A stretch of 64,000 nt of DNA from Patescibacteria group bacterium (lineage in GTDB: Bacteria; Patescibacteriota; Minisyncoccia; Phycocordibacterales; JACOZG01), in contig JBBTQW010000002.1 in NCBI GenBank assembly GCA_038065495.1, forward strand, positions 261,373-325,372, in the 5' to 3' direction. Shown here in pieces: positions 63,784-64,000 of this stretch. The notes beneath the pieces are model-generated. The model had not been told where the DNA came from. It saw only the letters and a list, made by a program, of their open reading frames with translations, and made no database searches. Made by a program: the position numbers and the translations under genes. How positions within the stretch are numbered: the stretch's first letter is position 1; each line of letters opens with the position of its first letter.

Positions 63784-64000
63784 ATGTTAATCCCAACTGT
63801 CATTGAGAAGTCCCCTTTCGGCGAGCGTGCTTACGATATTTATTCGCGCTTGTTAAGAGATCGAATAATCTTCCTCGGCGGGCCAATTGACGATCATGTG
63901 GCCAATATCATCATCGCGCAACTCTTGTTTCTGGAAAGTGAAGGTCCGAAGAAAGATATCACGATGTACATCAACTCTCCCGGCGGTAGCGTGAGCGCTG
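63784..64000 (+). CDS. clpP: ATP-dependent Clp protease proteolytic subunit (5' part, truncated by window end)
   Basis: [31 protein letters not shown]...AQLLFLE...[10 protein letters not shown]. Confidence 0.96.
   Translation, partial: MLIPTVIEKSPFGERAYDIYSRLLRDRIIFLGGPIDDHVANIIIAQLLFLESEGPKKDITMYINSPGGSVSA

Noticed and set aside
1-64000. CRISPR array, tRNA/rRNA, IS or transposase, integron attC sites, DGR reverse transcriptase or template repeat
   Set aside because: None was recognisable by eye: no regularly spaced repeats, cloverleafs, DDE or RT motifs, or second copy of the 48.8-kb segment.

Overview
A chromosomal window from a small-genome bacterium, inferred to be Patescibacteria/CPR (Parcubacteria-like). 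This rests on gene content, compact intergenic spaces, split ComEC, a PPIase-less trigger factor and a VirD4/HerA-like ATPase; TGA acts as a stop codon (code 11). Layout: (1) 1-22.3 kb, one minus-strand run of about 20 glycan biosynthesis and tailoring genes headed by a VirD4/HerA-like ATPase. It holds GT4s, GT2, GT9, GtrA, a GT-C-like membrane protein, AsnB, two deacetylases, methyltransferases, a kinase and two tandem Pol-beta-type nucleotidyltransferases. (2) Modular secreted surface proteins flank an interrupted rpsL-rpsG-fusA // tuf-rpsJ-rplC-rplD-rplW-rplB cluster that ends at rplB. (3) M50 protease, rpmB, split comEC, rnhA, recJ, HIT, pgk and tpiA. (4) A type IV pilus cluster. (5) nusA, ppa, tig and clpP. 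Between housekeeping genes lie self-contained units of sigma70 promoter, structured leader, Shine-Dalgarno (SD), orphan ORF and terminator, two of which share a nearly identical promoter; many host genes instead look leaderless. The best leads are an orphan gene whose adenine-depleted 3' end resembles a remote diversity-generating retroelement (DGR) variable region (48.8 kb), two promoter/terminator-bounded structured RNAs with no credible ORF (42.15 kb, with an anti-SD loop, and 44.35 kb), and the tandem nucleotidyltransferases. I found no tRNA, rRNA, CRISPR array, transposase or reverse transcriptase. All calls come from motif reading, not database searches.
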